A stretch of DNA of 47,373 nt from positions 1 through 47,373 of the forward strand of contig JBGUGD010000020.1 of assembly GCA_041697335.1 (NCBI GenBank), given 5' to 3'. The DNA is from Vampirovibrionaceae bacterium NZW_1234 (lineage in GTDB: Bacteria > Cyanobacteriota > Vampirovibrionia > Vampirovibrionales > JAGQHJ01). The notes below the pieces were generated by a model. That model saw only the letters and a program-made list of their open reading frames with translations. It had not been told where the DNA came from and searched no databases. The first letter of the stretch is position 1. Each line of letters starts with the position of its first letter. Shown in pieces: positions 27,067 through 36,426 of the stretch. The translations under genes and the position numbers were made by a program.

Positions 27067-28296
27067 ATGAATTTTGATTTAACCGAAGAACAACGCGAAG
27101 TCTGGCGCTGGGCGAAAGAATTTGCCGACAAGGAAATCCTTCCCCGTGTCGAAGAAAACGATCGTAAAGCTGAATTTGATTGGGATTTGTTTAAGAAAAT
27201 TGCCGAACAAGGTTTCTTTGGCGCTGTATTGCCTGAAAAATACGGTGGCCAAGGGGTCGATTATATCGCCTATGCCTTGATGACTGAAGAAATCGCCCGG
27301 GCTTGTTCATCCACCCGGACTCTTTTCTCTGTTCAAATCTCGCTGGTTGAGCTGCCGATTCTGAAGTTTGGGACAGAAGAACAAAAAATGAAGTACCTGC
27401 CCAAAATGGCAACCGGTGAAATCATCGGCTGCTTTGGCTTAACCGAGCCCAATGCCGGTAGTGATGCTGCTAATCAGCAAACCACAGCTCGCGAAGAGGG
27501 CGATTATTATGTCCTGAACGGCCAAAAAACCTGGATCTCCAACGGCAGTATTGCTCATTTGGCCCTGATTATTGCCCAAACCGACAAATCCAAAGGCCAC
27601 CGTGGCATGTGTGCCTTCCTGGTGGACACCAGTACACCTGGCTTTACAGCTCGTCCCATTGCGCCCAAGCTGGGCTTGAAGTCCTCGGATACCTCCGAGC
27701 TCTTCATGGATAATGTTCGAGTCCATAAAAGCCAAATGTTGGGCAAGCCGGGCGAAGGCTTCAAAGTGGCGATGTACTGTTTGGATCAAGGGCGCTTTAG
27801 CGTTGCCGCAGGGGCCGTGGGTGTCAGCCAAGGCTGTATTGATATTTCCAAGAAATACGCCATGGAACGGGAAGCCTTTGGCCAAAAAATCGGCGAGTTC
27901 CAGATGATTCAGCAAATGGTTGCCGATATGGTGGCCGATTGTGAAGCGGGTCGCTTCCTCGTACTCCGGGCTGCCCATTTGAAAAACAAAGGCGTTCGCA
28001 ATACCCGGGAAACATCTCTGGCAAAGCTCTTCTGTGCCGAAGCAGCTCACCGGGCAGCTCACAGCGCCGTTCAAATCTTTGGCGGTTACGGCTTTTCCGA
28101 AGAGTACCCGGCAGCCCGATACTTCCGTGACGGACGCGTCTTGTCCCTCTATGAAGGCACCAGCCAGATTCACCGCATGATTATTGCGCAAGACGAGCTG
28201 GGAATCCGTCCGGCTAATGGCCCTGGCTCGCCAGCGACAACATTCGAGCGCCTCAGCGGACTTTATCCTCAGGAACCAACCCCCTCCATGGTATAA
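27067..28296 (+). CDS. Acyl-CoA dehydrogenase
   Basis: CFGLTEPNAGSD, LNGQKTWISNG, KLGLKSSDT, QIFGGYGF, LYEGTSQI; AAGGAGG RBS. Confidence 0.95.
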   Translation: MNFDLTEEQREVWRWAKEFADKEILPRVEENDRKAEFDWDLFKKIAEQGFFGAVLPEKYGGQGVDYIAYALMTEEIARACSSTRTLFSVQISLVELPILKFGTEEQKMKYLPKMATGEIIGCFGLTEPNAGSDAANQQTTAREEGDYYVLNGQKTWISNGSIAHLALIIAQTDKSKGHRGMCAFLVDTSTPGFTARPIAPKLGLKSSDTSELFMDNVRVHKSQMLGKPGEGFKVAMYCLDQGRFSVAAGAVGVSQGCIDISKKYAMEREAFGQKIGEFQMIQQMVADMVADCEAGRFLVLRAAHLKNKGVRNTRETSLAKLFCAEAAHRAAHSAVQIFGGYGFSEEYPAARYFRDGRVLSLYEGTSQIHRMIIAQDELGIRPANGPGSPATTFERLSGLYPQEPTPSMV

Positions 28297-28452
28297 ATCC
28301 CTGGAGGTCGAGGTCACTCTTAAGAAACTCCCTGATTTTTCCCTGGCCTCACGACGATCAGTGCTTCGGCGTGAGGCCAACCGGGGAAACATAAAGTCCT
28401 ATCGGAACCAACCGACATTACCAGAGCACTTGGATTGAGGAGGGGACCTGTC

Positions 28453-29520
28453 ATGAGTTTACTGACCCAACCACCCATGAATCCTCATAAGGACCCGAGG
28501 ATGACCCAGTCAGACACACAACCCAACACAATGGCTCACGAAGCGCCGCCCCCCGAGGGAATGCCTGAGCGTTATCGCCAAAACACGATTCATGGTGGCG
28601 GACGCAATACCGGTGCACAATCGCTTTTAAATCGATTGATGGTTTTGGCCATGCCCTTTGTACCGAAACCCATTGTCGGCCAAGTAGCCCGTCGTTATGT
28701 GGCTGGCGAACGAGTGGAGCAAATGCTTGCGACCGTCAAAGAGTTAAATGCGTTTGGTATTTCGGCCACCGTTGATGTCTTGGGCGAGTTCATTCATCAT
28801 CCTCATGAAGCCCATGCCACGGCCAACATGTATAAGCAAATCCTGGTGGCCTTGCGAGAAGCAAACTTGGACGCCAATATCTCCGTCAAGCTGACTGCCC
28901 TTGGTCTTCTGCTGGATGAAAGCCTCTGTGAATCCCTCATGCGGGATTTGGTGGCGGTCGCCCAAGAGCAAGGCAACTTCGTTCGGATCGACATGGAAGA
29001 TTCCAGCTGCACCGAGAAAACCATTCAACTGTATTTGGCCTTGCGCAAGGACTTTCAAAATGTCGGCATTGTCATGCAAGCCTATCTGCGCAGGACCCAT
29101 GATGACGTTCTTCGCATTATCGATGCCCAAGCCGGGCATTTTCGCTTGTGTAAAGGCATTTATATCGAACCACGCTGGCTCGCCTATCAGCTGCCCGATC
29201 TCATAAACCAGAATTACCTAAGCATCCTGGAAACTATGATCCAGAAAGGAGCTTATGTGGGCATTGCAACCCATGACGAGCGCTTGGTTTGGGGCGCCTT
29301 ACAGTTGATTCGCAAGTACAACCTCCGTCGCGATCAATACGAGTTTCAAATGCTGCTGGGGGTGGATCCCGAACTCAGGGATATGTTGGTTGCCGCCGGT
29401 CATCATGTGCGGATTTATGTGCCTTTTGGCAAGGAATGGTACGCCTACTGCATGCGCCGACTCAAAGAGAACCCGAAAATTGCGGGCTATATTCTCCAAA
29501 ACATGCTCAAACGGTCTTAA
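28453..29520 (+). CDS. Monofunctional proline dehydrogenase
   Basis: RYVAGE, ISVKLTALG, RIDMEDS, RLCKGIY, IATHD, EFQMLLG, YVPFG, RRLKENP; GAGGAGG RBS before ATG 28453. Confidence 0.93.
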   Translation: MSLLTQPPMNPHKDPRMTQSDTQPNTMAHEAPPPEGMPERYRQNTIHGGGRNTGAQSLLNRLMVLAMPFVPKPIVGQVARRYVAGERVEQMLATVKELNAFGISATVDVLGEFIHHPHEAHATANMYKQILVALREANLDANISVKLTALGLLLDESLCESLMRDLVAVAQEQGNFVRIDMEDSSCTEKTIQLYLALRKDFQNVGIVMQAYLRRTHDDVLRIIDAQAGHFRLCKGIYIEPRWLAYQLPDLINQNYLSILETMIQKGAYVGIATHDERLVWGALQLIRKYNLRRDQYEFQMLLGVDPELRDMLVAAGHHVRIYVPFGKEWYAYCMRRLKENPKIAGYILQNMLKRS

Positions 29521-29684
29521 GCCCCTGTCCTCTCTTTTGAGAGGACATTCACGATACACGCGACATTCGCAGCGGGTTGAAACCGGTTGTCGTCGGTCCA
29601 CGGTTTCGGATAGAGTTACAATGAGGAAAATAGAGCAAATTCCTTCTCAAAATTAGCATTCGTCAAGGAGAATCACACAACGCT

Positions 29685-30419
29685 ATGGGACTACGCACTG
29701 ATGGGCGACAGCCGGATGAGTTACGACCGGTCAGCTTTCTTCGGAATTACACAAAATATGCACCAGGCTCAATTCTCATGGAGTTGGGAGATACCCGGGT
29801 TTTGGTAACCGCAACCATCGAAGAGCGTACACCTCGTCATGTCCCGGACAATGAGGGCTGGATGACGGCCGAATACGCCCTTCTTCCTGGCTCGACCCAA
29901 ACCCGTGTTCCTCGGGAACGGATGAAGATTTCTGGACGCACCCATGAAATTCAGCGTCTCATTGGCCGATCACTTCGAGCCGCCTTCGATCTCTCCCGTC
30001 TGGGAGAACGCACCATTACCGTTGACGCTGATGTCATCCAGGCCGATGGAGGAACTCGCACTGCCAGTATCACAGCAGGTTACATCGCTGTAATGGACGC
30101 TCTTTTGTCCCTGCAAAAAACCGGACAGCTGGAAGAAATCCCTCTAATTTCCCCTGTGGCTGCTATTAGTGTGGGTGTTTTGGACGGTGTGCCGATCCTG
30201 GATCTCAACTATGAGGAAGACTCGACAGCGGCTGTGGATGCAAACCTGGTGATGAATGCCGATGGCGACATTATTGAGTTTCAAACAACCAGTGAACGCT
30301 CCCCTTTAAGCCGAAAAGCTCTTTTGGAGGTACTGGACTTGGGAGAAAAAGGCATTCGGGAATTGCTGGCCATGCAGGCAGAGATGTTGCAAATCACGGA
30401 AGGGCTGGCCCTCTCATGA
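29685..30419 (+). CDS. rph: Ribonuclease PH
   Basis: RTDGRQPDELRP, GWMTAEY, SGRTHEIQRLIGRSLR, QADGGTRTASITA, LDLNYEEDS. Confidence 0.96.
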   Translation: MGLRTDGRQPDELRPVSFLRNYTKYAPGSILMELGDTRVLVTATIEERTPRHVPDNEGWMTAEYALLPGSTQTRVPRERMKISGRTHEIQRLIGRSLRAAFDLSRLGERTITVDADVIQADGGTRTASITAGYIAVMDALLSLQKTGQLEEIPLISPVAAISVGVLDGVPILDLNYEEDSTAAVDANLVMNADGDIIEFQTTSERSPLSRKALLEVLDLGEKGIRELLAMQAEMLQITEGLALS

Positions 30420-31672
30420 CCCTGACCTCACCGAAAGGTACTCATGACTTACTTCCTGAAGATCTAGCGACGTGGCAATTTGTCGAACAAACGGCTCGAG
30501 AAACCTTTGGACGCGCCAATTATCAAGAAATCCGAACCCCGATGTTCGAATCCACCGATCTGTTCGAACGAGGCGTGGGTGAAAGCACCGATATCGTTAA
30601 CAAAGAAATGTACACCTTCCTCAAAGGAGAGCGCTCATTAACCCTGCGCCCGGAGAATACGGCCGGAGTGGTTCGTGCCTATATCCAACATGGTATGGAT
30701 CGACGCCCGAAACCGGTTAAGCTATTTTATATGGGCCCCATGTTCCGTTATGAGCGCCCTCAAGCAGGCCGACAACGCCAGTTTCATCAAATTGGCGCCG
30801 AAGTTTTCGGTGTGGACACACCCCAATCGGATGCCGCAGTGATTCTCTTAGCAATGACCTTTTTCACCAAGCTGGGGGTCCCTGGCCTGAAGCTGGAAAT
30901 TAACAATGTAGGCTGCTTTGACTGCCGGGGCGATTTTCGGGAACAACTTAAAGCCCTTCTAGCCCCTCATCTGATGGCACTTTGTGGAGATTGCAACAAG
31001 CGTTTCGAGACCAACCCGCTGCGGATGCTGGATTGCAAGAACGAAACCTGCAAAGCCGTCTATACCCAGCCTGAAATTGCTGCGTTTTTAAATCAGGACC
31101 ACACCTGCACGGTCTGCCAAACCCACTTTAATCAGCTGCTAGAACTCTTGGACGCAGCGCATGTTCCCTTTGAGCGAAACAAAATGTTGGTGCGCGGCTT
31201 GGATTACTATACTCGAACCGTTTTTGAAATTACCTCCAATCACTTGGGGGCCCAAAACGCGGTGTGTGGAGGAGGGCGATACAATGGCCTGGTGAAGATG
31301 CTGGGCGGCCCAGACACGCCTGCCGTGGGGTGGGCCTTGGGCGTGGAGCGTTTGGTGAGTTTGATTGCCAAGCAAACCCAACCTGCTTTAGAATACTTTG
31401 TTGTCTCCGATAGTCCTTCACATGCCCTGGCTTTATGCCAACAGATTCAAGCCAGAGGCTTTTCGGCTGATTTGGATCTCACAGGCAAGGCGCTGGGCAA
31501 GCAGCTGGCCCAAGCGAACAAGTTAAATGCCAGATATGTTGTTATCTGCGGCGAATCCGAACGAGAAAGTCACTCGATTGTTGTCAAAACAATGACAGAC
31601 GGGAGTCAAGAAAGCCTCCCTCAGGAACTCTTTTTTGAACGTCTGACTTTAAGAGCGCCAGTGCCTGCCTAA
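30416..31672 (+). CDS. hisS: Histidine--tRNA ligase
   Basis: PKGTHD, LRPENTA, FRYERPQAGRQRQFHQ, LVRGLDYY, GGGRY, GVERL. Confidence 0.97.
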   Translation: MTLTSPKGTHDLLPEDLATWQFVEQTARETFGRANYQEIRTPMFESTDLFERGVGESTDIVNKEMYTFLKGERSLTLRPENTAGVVRAYIQHGMDRRPKPVKLFYMGPMFRYERPQAGRQRQFHQIGAEVFGVDTPQSDAAVILLAMTFFTKLGVPGLKLEINNVGCFDCRGDFREQLKALLAPHLMALCGDCNKRFETNPLRMLDCKNETCKAVYTQPEIAAFLNQDHTCTVCQTHFNQLLELLDAAHVPFERNKMLVRGLDYYTRTVFEITSNHLGAQNAVCGGGRYNGLVKMLGGPDTPAVGWALGVERLVSLIAKQTQPALEYFVVSDSPSHALALCQQIQARGFSADLDLTGKALGKQLAQANKLNARYVVICGESERESHSIVVKTMTDGSQESLPQELFFERLTLRAPVPA

Positions 31673-31967
31673 ACACAACCCCACCCACCTTACCAAATAT
31701 CCAAACAATATAAGAATTATTTCAAAAATACAAACAAAAGATAAGAGCCTGAATCCCGCGCCCTGACTTTGTAAAGATTCCATTAACAAGTCAGGGTAAA
31801 AAAGAAATTCTTGCCATTTGCTTGTTTTTATTATTTTAACAAACATAATCCCTGTGTTGTCCGATAGTTTGTAATACCCCACACACCAAACGTATTGGCT
31901 TAGTAGGCCACTGCCGGATGCGTGGATGGATTTGGTTACTAGGAAAACGGATTGAGAAGGACCCAAT

Positions 31968-32126
31968 ATGACAGCGTACTGCATTCATGCCTATTGGCTT
32001 GAAACCCAATTGAATTATTGGATACATCGCTTTATGCCAGCATTGATGGCATGGGTCACTCGCCAAGAAGCTTTGAGCCTCCTATGCTTGATGCTCTTGT
32101 CCATCATCCTGTACTGCACAACATAG
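31968..32126 (+). CDS. Small protein (52 aa) with C-terminal hydrophobic segment
   Basis: Hand translation MTAYCIHAYWLETQLNYWIHRFMPALMAWVTRQEALSLLCLMLLSIILYCTT; AAGGA RBS; terminator 40 nt downstream. Confidence 0.5.
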   Translation: MTAYCIHAYWLETQLNYWIHRFMPALMAWVTRQEALSLLCLMLLSIILYCTT

Positions 32127-32165
32127 TTTTACTATCACTATCGCTTCTCTTATTTTTCTGGCAAT

Positions 32166-32198
32166 CGCTTGTTCAACTTTCCGGGACAAGCGTTTTTT
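32166..32198 (+). terminator. Intrinsic terminator
   Basis: CGCTTGTTC/GGACAAGCG stem plus TTTTTT. Confidence 0.75.
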
Positions 32199-32445
32199 AT
32201 TTTTGTCCGTCGCCATTTCCCTTATAAAAACAGAGTTTCCTCCTGTCGGTTAACATTTCGATACAAACTGTTCCAACGATCAATTTGATTGTTTTTATAC
32301 TCATAACAAGAGAGAAGTTATCAGACATTGGGAAATTTTACCCATATCGTAATTTTTGACCTGCTCCCAACAGGTAGCGTTGACTTGGAGAAACAATTCA
32401 TAAAGAGAAGAACCCCAGAGAGAGAGAAGAAAGGAACCCCGGAGC

Positions 32446-34938
32446 ATGACGTTTGGAATTAGCAATGCAGCTGCCGCTATTCCCGGCATAATTGGCGCTC
32501 AACCCGTCTATCAAAACAACTATTCCTTTGATGGTGGATTTGGCAGCTCTGCTTCGTTCAGCTTCAGTGGTTCCATCAACGGCTCACCCAACACCGGCTT
32601 TCAAAATTTCAGCATTGGTGGCGGCGGCTCGTCTCCTTTTAATAGTTATGGCTTCGGCTTCGGTGGCGGATTCGGTTACACCGATCCGTCCCTGTTCAAC
32701 ACCCCCGACTACGGTTTAGGCGGCCTGATGCAATTTAACAGCAGTGGCTTCAGCAGTGGTTCGGACATCATCAATTCCCTGTCTATGCCGGTTCAGTCCA
32801 ATGCTATGGCAAGCAGCTTCAGTCCATTCGGAAGCTTTGGAGCTAGCTTTGGCGCAAGCTTCGGAGGCGGAGGATTTAATACCAGCTTCGCTGGCGGATT
32901 AAATGCGGCATCCAGCTTTTTAACCTCCCCCGGTGGCGATCCATTCCAAATTGGTTTGCTGATGAATAATAATGCCTCTGTCGCACTGAATAACGTATTT
33001 AACCCAGGTGTTGGAAGCTTGGCCAGCGCTGCAGGCGGAGGTGGACTCTTCAGCGATACATTTGGTTTCGGCAGCATCGATAAAATGCTGAGTGGTGGCT
33101 TTAAAACCAATAATAGCATTGGCTTTAACACCAGCTTTGCCTCTGACCCATTCATTAATACCGCCTTGAATTCGGTGTCCATTGAGTCAAGCCCACTCTT
33201 CCCAGCCAGCTTGGGTGGAGGTGGCGGTGTCACCCAAAACAACGATATAGTTACCCAGCTGTTCAGTGCTTTAAGCTCAAACGGGCTGCTCGATAAGATT
33301 TTGGGCAAGGAAAAAGAAACTGATACAAAGCCGGCTCCAGCAACCTCGCCAGCTCCAGCAGCTTCTCCCAGCCCAAGCCCTGCAGCATCACCGGCCCCGG
33401 CTACTTCCTCAACTAACACAGCTGAGCCAAATTCCGCTTTACAGAGTCAAATCCAGGCATTACAGCAACAAATTCAATCACTGACACAGCAAATTTCGGT
33501 CTTACAGAAGCCCACTACTCCGGCACCTGCGCCAACCCCTACACCAGCGCCTACACCTACGCCGGCACCGACACCAACGCCGACGCCGACGCCCACACCA
33601 ACACCAACTCCGACGCCAACTCCGGCACCGGTTAATCTGGGCGAAAGCAGTAAAATTACAACCGCTGAAATGTCCTCAGTTATTGACGCAATTGTAAACA
33701 ATCGCCCCATGGTCAATCAGTCGAATACAAATTCCATTGGCGTTGTCCAAAACCGGTCTCGCCTGGTAAACAAACAGGAGTTAGAACAATTTGTAGCACA
33801 AAACGCCAATACACAACTTGGCAGAAGTGCAGCCATTATGCTCCAGAACTTTGACCAGATTGCCAAAAGTGGTATCAATGGGCCTATCTATCGAACCGAT
33901 GATACTGACACTACCGAGCAAGCTCGCATGATTAATAGCCCAATCGATAGCAGCACCTTGATTTCAGACAATGACATCAGAACCATGGCTGCCAGACAGG
34001 GTGACAACAGTAACATCTCCACATGGGAGCTACACAATATCAGCAACCCCACCCAAGAGCAAAACAATATTAGAACTTGGATCGCAAACAATCGCCTCAA
34101 TGAGTACGGTGATCCCCAAGGCACCGCTTACGCAGGTGGTAACCCCATGTTCGACGAAAGCGGCCGCAAAGCTTACCTCGATAAATTTGACTACCTGCTC
34201 CAGAAGTTCCCCAATCGTCCCTGGAATACCTCGACCAACTCCACCACCTCAACAGCATCCACTGGCGGTGGCGCTGGAACCACAACTACCTCGACAACTC
34301 AGCAAAATTCCTCGACATCAACGGCAAATGCTAATGGAGCAACCTCCAGCTCAACCACCAACCCCAGCGGAACCAGCACGACTACTGGCCAAACCTCTAC
34401 TCAAGGAACCAGCCAGAGCATTTCCACAGGCGGTGGAGCGGGAAGCAATACCAGCACTGTTTTTCAACAGACTGTAAACAGCAATACCTTACCTAGCGTA
34501 TCTGTGAACGGCAACACGGTTAGCATTAACGGCAATCAGGTCCGCCCGATTACCATTTCAAACCCATCGGGTACCGGCACAACAACCGTCCAACAAACCT
34601 CAACCGGTACGAGCATTACTCAAATCGCCAATAATCCCAACGGCTCAGTTACCAATATTGCAGATGTCCGTCCGGGCCAAACAACGGTCTCAACCACCAC
34701 AGGTAATACCCAAGTTCGCCCCCCGATAGTCACTGTAACTCCTGGCATCAACAACACTTCCACAGTGCAGAACATCCAAAATCAAGCCCTGCAAGCCACA
34801 GGCAATATAACCCGCCCGACAGTAACAACCCCAGTTGTTCAAACACCTGAAGTGAAAGTACCACAATCTATACCCGCTCAAGTCGATAGAATCGTTCTGG
34901 TTAACGGAAAACCTGTTGGTCCTAACGCTGCAGGCTAG
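32446..34938 (+). CDS. Large low-complexity hypothetical protein (FG/S-rich N-terminus, PT linker, central folded domain, T/S/N-rich tail)
   Basis: 830-aa ORF, AAAGGA upstream, synonymous variation within repeats implies selection at the protein level. Confidence 0.8.
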   Translation: MTFGISNAAAAIPGIIGAQPVYQNNYSFDGGFGSSASFSFSGSINGSPNTGFQNFSIGGGGSSPFNSYGFGFGGGFGYTDPSLFNTPDYGLGGLMQFNSSGFSSGSDIINSLSMPVQSNAMASSFSPFGSFGASFGASFGGGGFNTSFAGGLNAASSFLTSPGGDPFQIGLLMNNNASVALNNVFNPGVGSLASAAGGGGLFSDTFGFGSIDKMLSGGFKTNNSIGFNTSFASDPFINTALNSVSIESSPLFPASLGGGGGVTQNNDIVTQLFSALSSNGLLDKILGKEKETDTKPAPATSPAPAASPSPSPAASPAPATSSTNTAEPNSALQSQIQALQQQIQSLTQQISVLQKPTTPAPAPTPTPAPTPTPAPTPTPTPTPTPTPTPTPTPAPVNLGESSKITTAEMSSVIDAIVNNRPMVNQSNTNSIGVVQNRSRLVNKQELEQFVAQNANTQLGRSAAIMLQNFDQIAKSGINGPIYRTDDTDTTEQARMINSPIDSSTLISDNDIRTMAARQGDNSNISTWELHNISNPTQEQNNIRTWIANNRLNEYGDPQGTAYAGGNPMFDESGRKAYLDKFDYLLQKFPNRPWNTSTNSTTSTASTGGGAGTTTTSTTQQNSSTSTANANGATSSSTTNPSGTSTTTGQTSTQGTSQSISTGGGAGSNTSTVFQQTVNSNTLPSVSVNGNTVSINGNQVRPITISNPSGTGTTTVQQTSTGTSITQIANNPNGSVTNIADVRPGQTTVSTTTGNTQVRPPIVTVTPGINNTSTVQNIQNQALQATGNITRPTVTTPVVQTPEVKVPQSIPAQVDRIVLVNGKPVGPNAAG
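33511..33630 (+). repeat. Pro-Thr/Pro-Ala dipeptide repeat (coding)
   Basis: About 20 PT/PA units with varied codons. Confidence 0.9.
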
Positions 34939-35401
34939 GCTTACAGTCCCTTGCATAAAAAAATTTCCCAGGCTATAAAGCCCTTCGGAAGCAGATAACC
35001 GCTTCTCTTATTCGCCGCATAATTGTCCTTATGTTGCGACATGCTTTCTGAAAAGCACCCCTATCCAGGAGGTGCTTTTTTCTTAAGAAATCGCATTTCT
35101 TCCCGGCTGGGTAGCAAGTGCCTATGGCCCAGACAAATCCTAAAAAAACCTTCTTGTGCAATGCGTTCTGGCGTTCATAAAGATTTCATTTAGATGCAGC
35201 AGATATATCTTATGTAATCTTATTGAGTCCCTGAAACATCTGAATTTGTGCAGATTTTGGCCGAACACATATATACATTTGATATTATTTTTAAGTTACA
35301 TATCGTAACAATAGATACCCTAAAAGGCAATCCATTTTCTCACGTTGTTTTTATTAATTTAAGAGAGAAGCAATTTCTTTTGAAACAAAGGAGAATCTGA
35401 G

Positions 35402-36121
35402 ATGTCAGCATTATCACCTAATGCCGTTGGAGGGCCCGCCTTTTATACAGCGCTTGGGCCATCTAGAACTCCAGGCGGTTTTTCGGGTCGTAGTTTCGGG
35501 ACACCAGGCTTAGTTCAAGGGTTCGGTTTTCCATCCTTCGGTGATCCCCTATTTTATTTCCAGCCTGCTGCAAGTAGTTTCTTTATCAACCGCTTGTTAG
35601 GCTATGCCAACGGTTCTGCCGTTAACATCAACGTTGGTCCTACCCCAGCCAACCTCGGCTTTGGAGGCTTACTCCTGGGTATGGGCTATTACGCCGACTC
35701 CGGCAACCCTGGCGAAGATCCATTTGCAGATATCGGCACCCCCATCCAACAACCAGGCCCGGCCATTGGCGGCTACCCGCCGGTTCGTGGTGGCGGCGAC
35801 TTCTATGGCGGCGGCTTTGCCAACGCTTATGCAGGCCCCAGACCCGGTGGTGATTTCTATGGCGGCGGCTTCGGCAACGCCTACGGACCCGGCAGACCAC
35901 CTCAGGGTTTCCCACCCCAAGGCTTCCCGCCTCAAGGTTTCCCACCGCAGGGATTCCCACCACAAGCACTGGGCATTCCAGCCCCGGGCGGATTCGGTGG
36001 ACCTCGTCCTGGTGGCTTCCCACCCCAGTTTGCCTACGGAGCGCCTCAAGGTTTCCCACCGCAGGGATTCCCGCCCCAAGGCTATGGCATTCCGCAGCAG
36101 CCCCGTGGGTTCTTCGGATAA
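35402..36121 (+). CDS. Gly/Pro/Phe-rich repeat protein (239 aa)
   Basis: AAGGAG RBS, GGDFYGGGF x2, PPQGF tandem repeats, terminator downstream. Confidence 0.75.
   Translation: MSALSPNAVGGPAFYTALGPSRTPGGFSGRSFGTPGLVQGFGFPSFGDPLFYFQPAASSFFINRLLGYANGSAVNINVGPTPANLGFGGLLLGMGYYADSGNPGEDPFADIGTPIQQPGPAIGGYPPVRGGGDFYGGGFANAYAGPRPGGDFYGGGFGNAYGPGRPPQGFPPQGFPPQGFPPQGFPPQALGIPAPGGFGGPRPGGFPPQFAYGAPQGFPPQGFPPQGYGIPQQPRGFFG
35897..36083 (+). repeat. 15-bp PPQGF coding repeats in two blocks
   Basis: CCN CCN CAR GGN TTC units; the block CCTCAAGGTTTCCCACCGCAGGGATTCCC occurs twice. Confidence 0.9.
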
Positions 36122-36163
36122 ACCAAGTTTCACTACCCTATTCACAGACCTTTGTTTCAAATC

Positions 36164-36198
36164 ACCCCCTATCTCCACAGATAGGGGGTTCAATTTTG
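36164..36198 (+). terminator. Intrinsic terminator
   Basis: ACCCCCTATCT/AGATAGGGGGT stem followed by TCAATTTT. Confidence 0.7.
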
Positions 36199-36426
36199 AG
36201 TCGATAAATACGATGTCTGGATTCGTGGGCTGTTAAGAAGCATTAAGCCCTAAAGGCCATTATCATCGTATTTGGGATAATGAAAACACAATCTCTCATT
36301 GCAAAACAGCACATCAGTCCAATGCATACTCAGGCAGGCAATTTGATGAAGCCTCCCGGTTTTATTACACAGTGCGCAGAGGAGGCAATTCTGTAGTAAA
36401 ACCATGGGTGTAGGAAGGGAACGCAT

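Noticed and set aside
27439..28392. 317-aa antisense ORF
   Set aside because: Shadow of the acyl-CoA dehydrogenase codon pattern
32793..33716. Antisense ORFs including the GVGVGV repeat
   Set aside because: Reverse-complement shadows of the PT/PA-rich gene
35897..36083. Repeats as a possible CRISPR array
   Set aside because: 15-bp in-frame coding units without unique spacers; no cas genes
35604..36236. Alternative-frame and antisense ORFs over the PPQGF gene
   Set aside because: Stop-poor repeats keep other frames open; third-position variation fits only the 35402 frame
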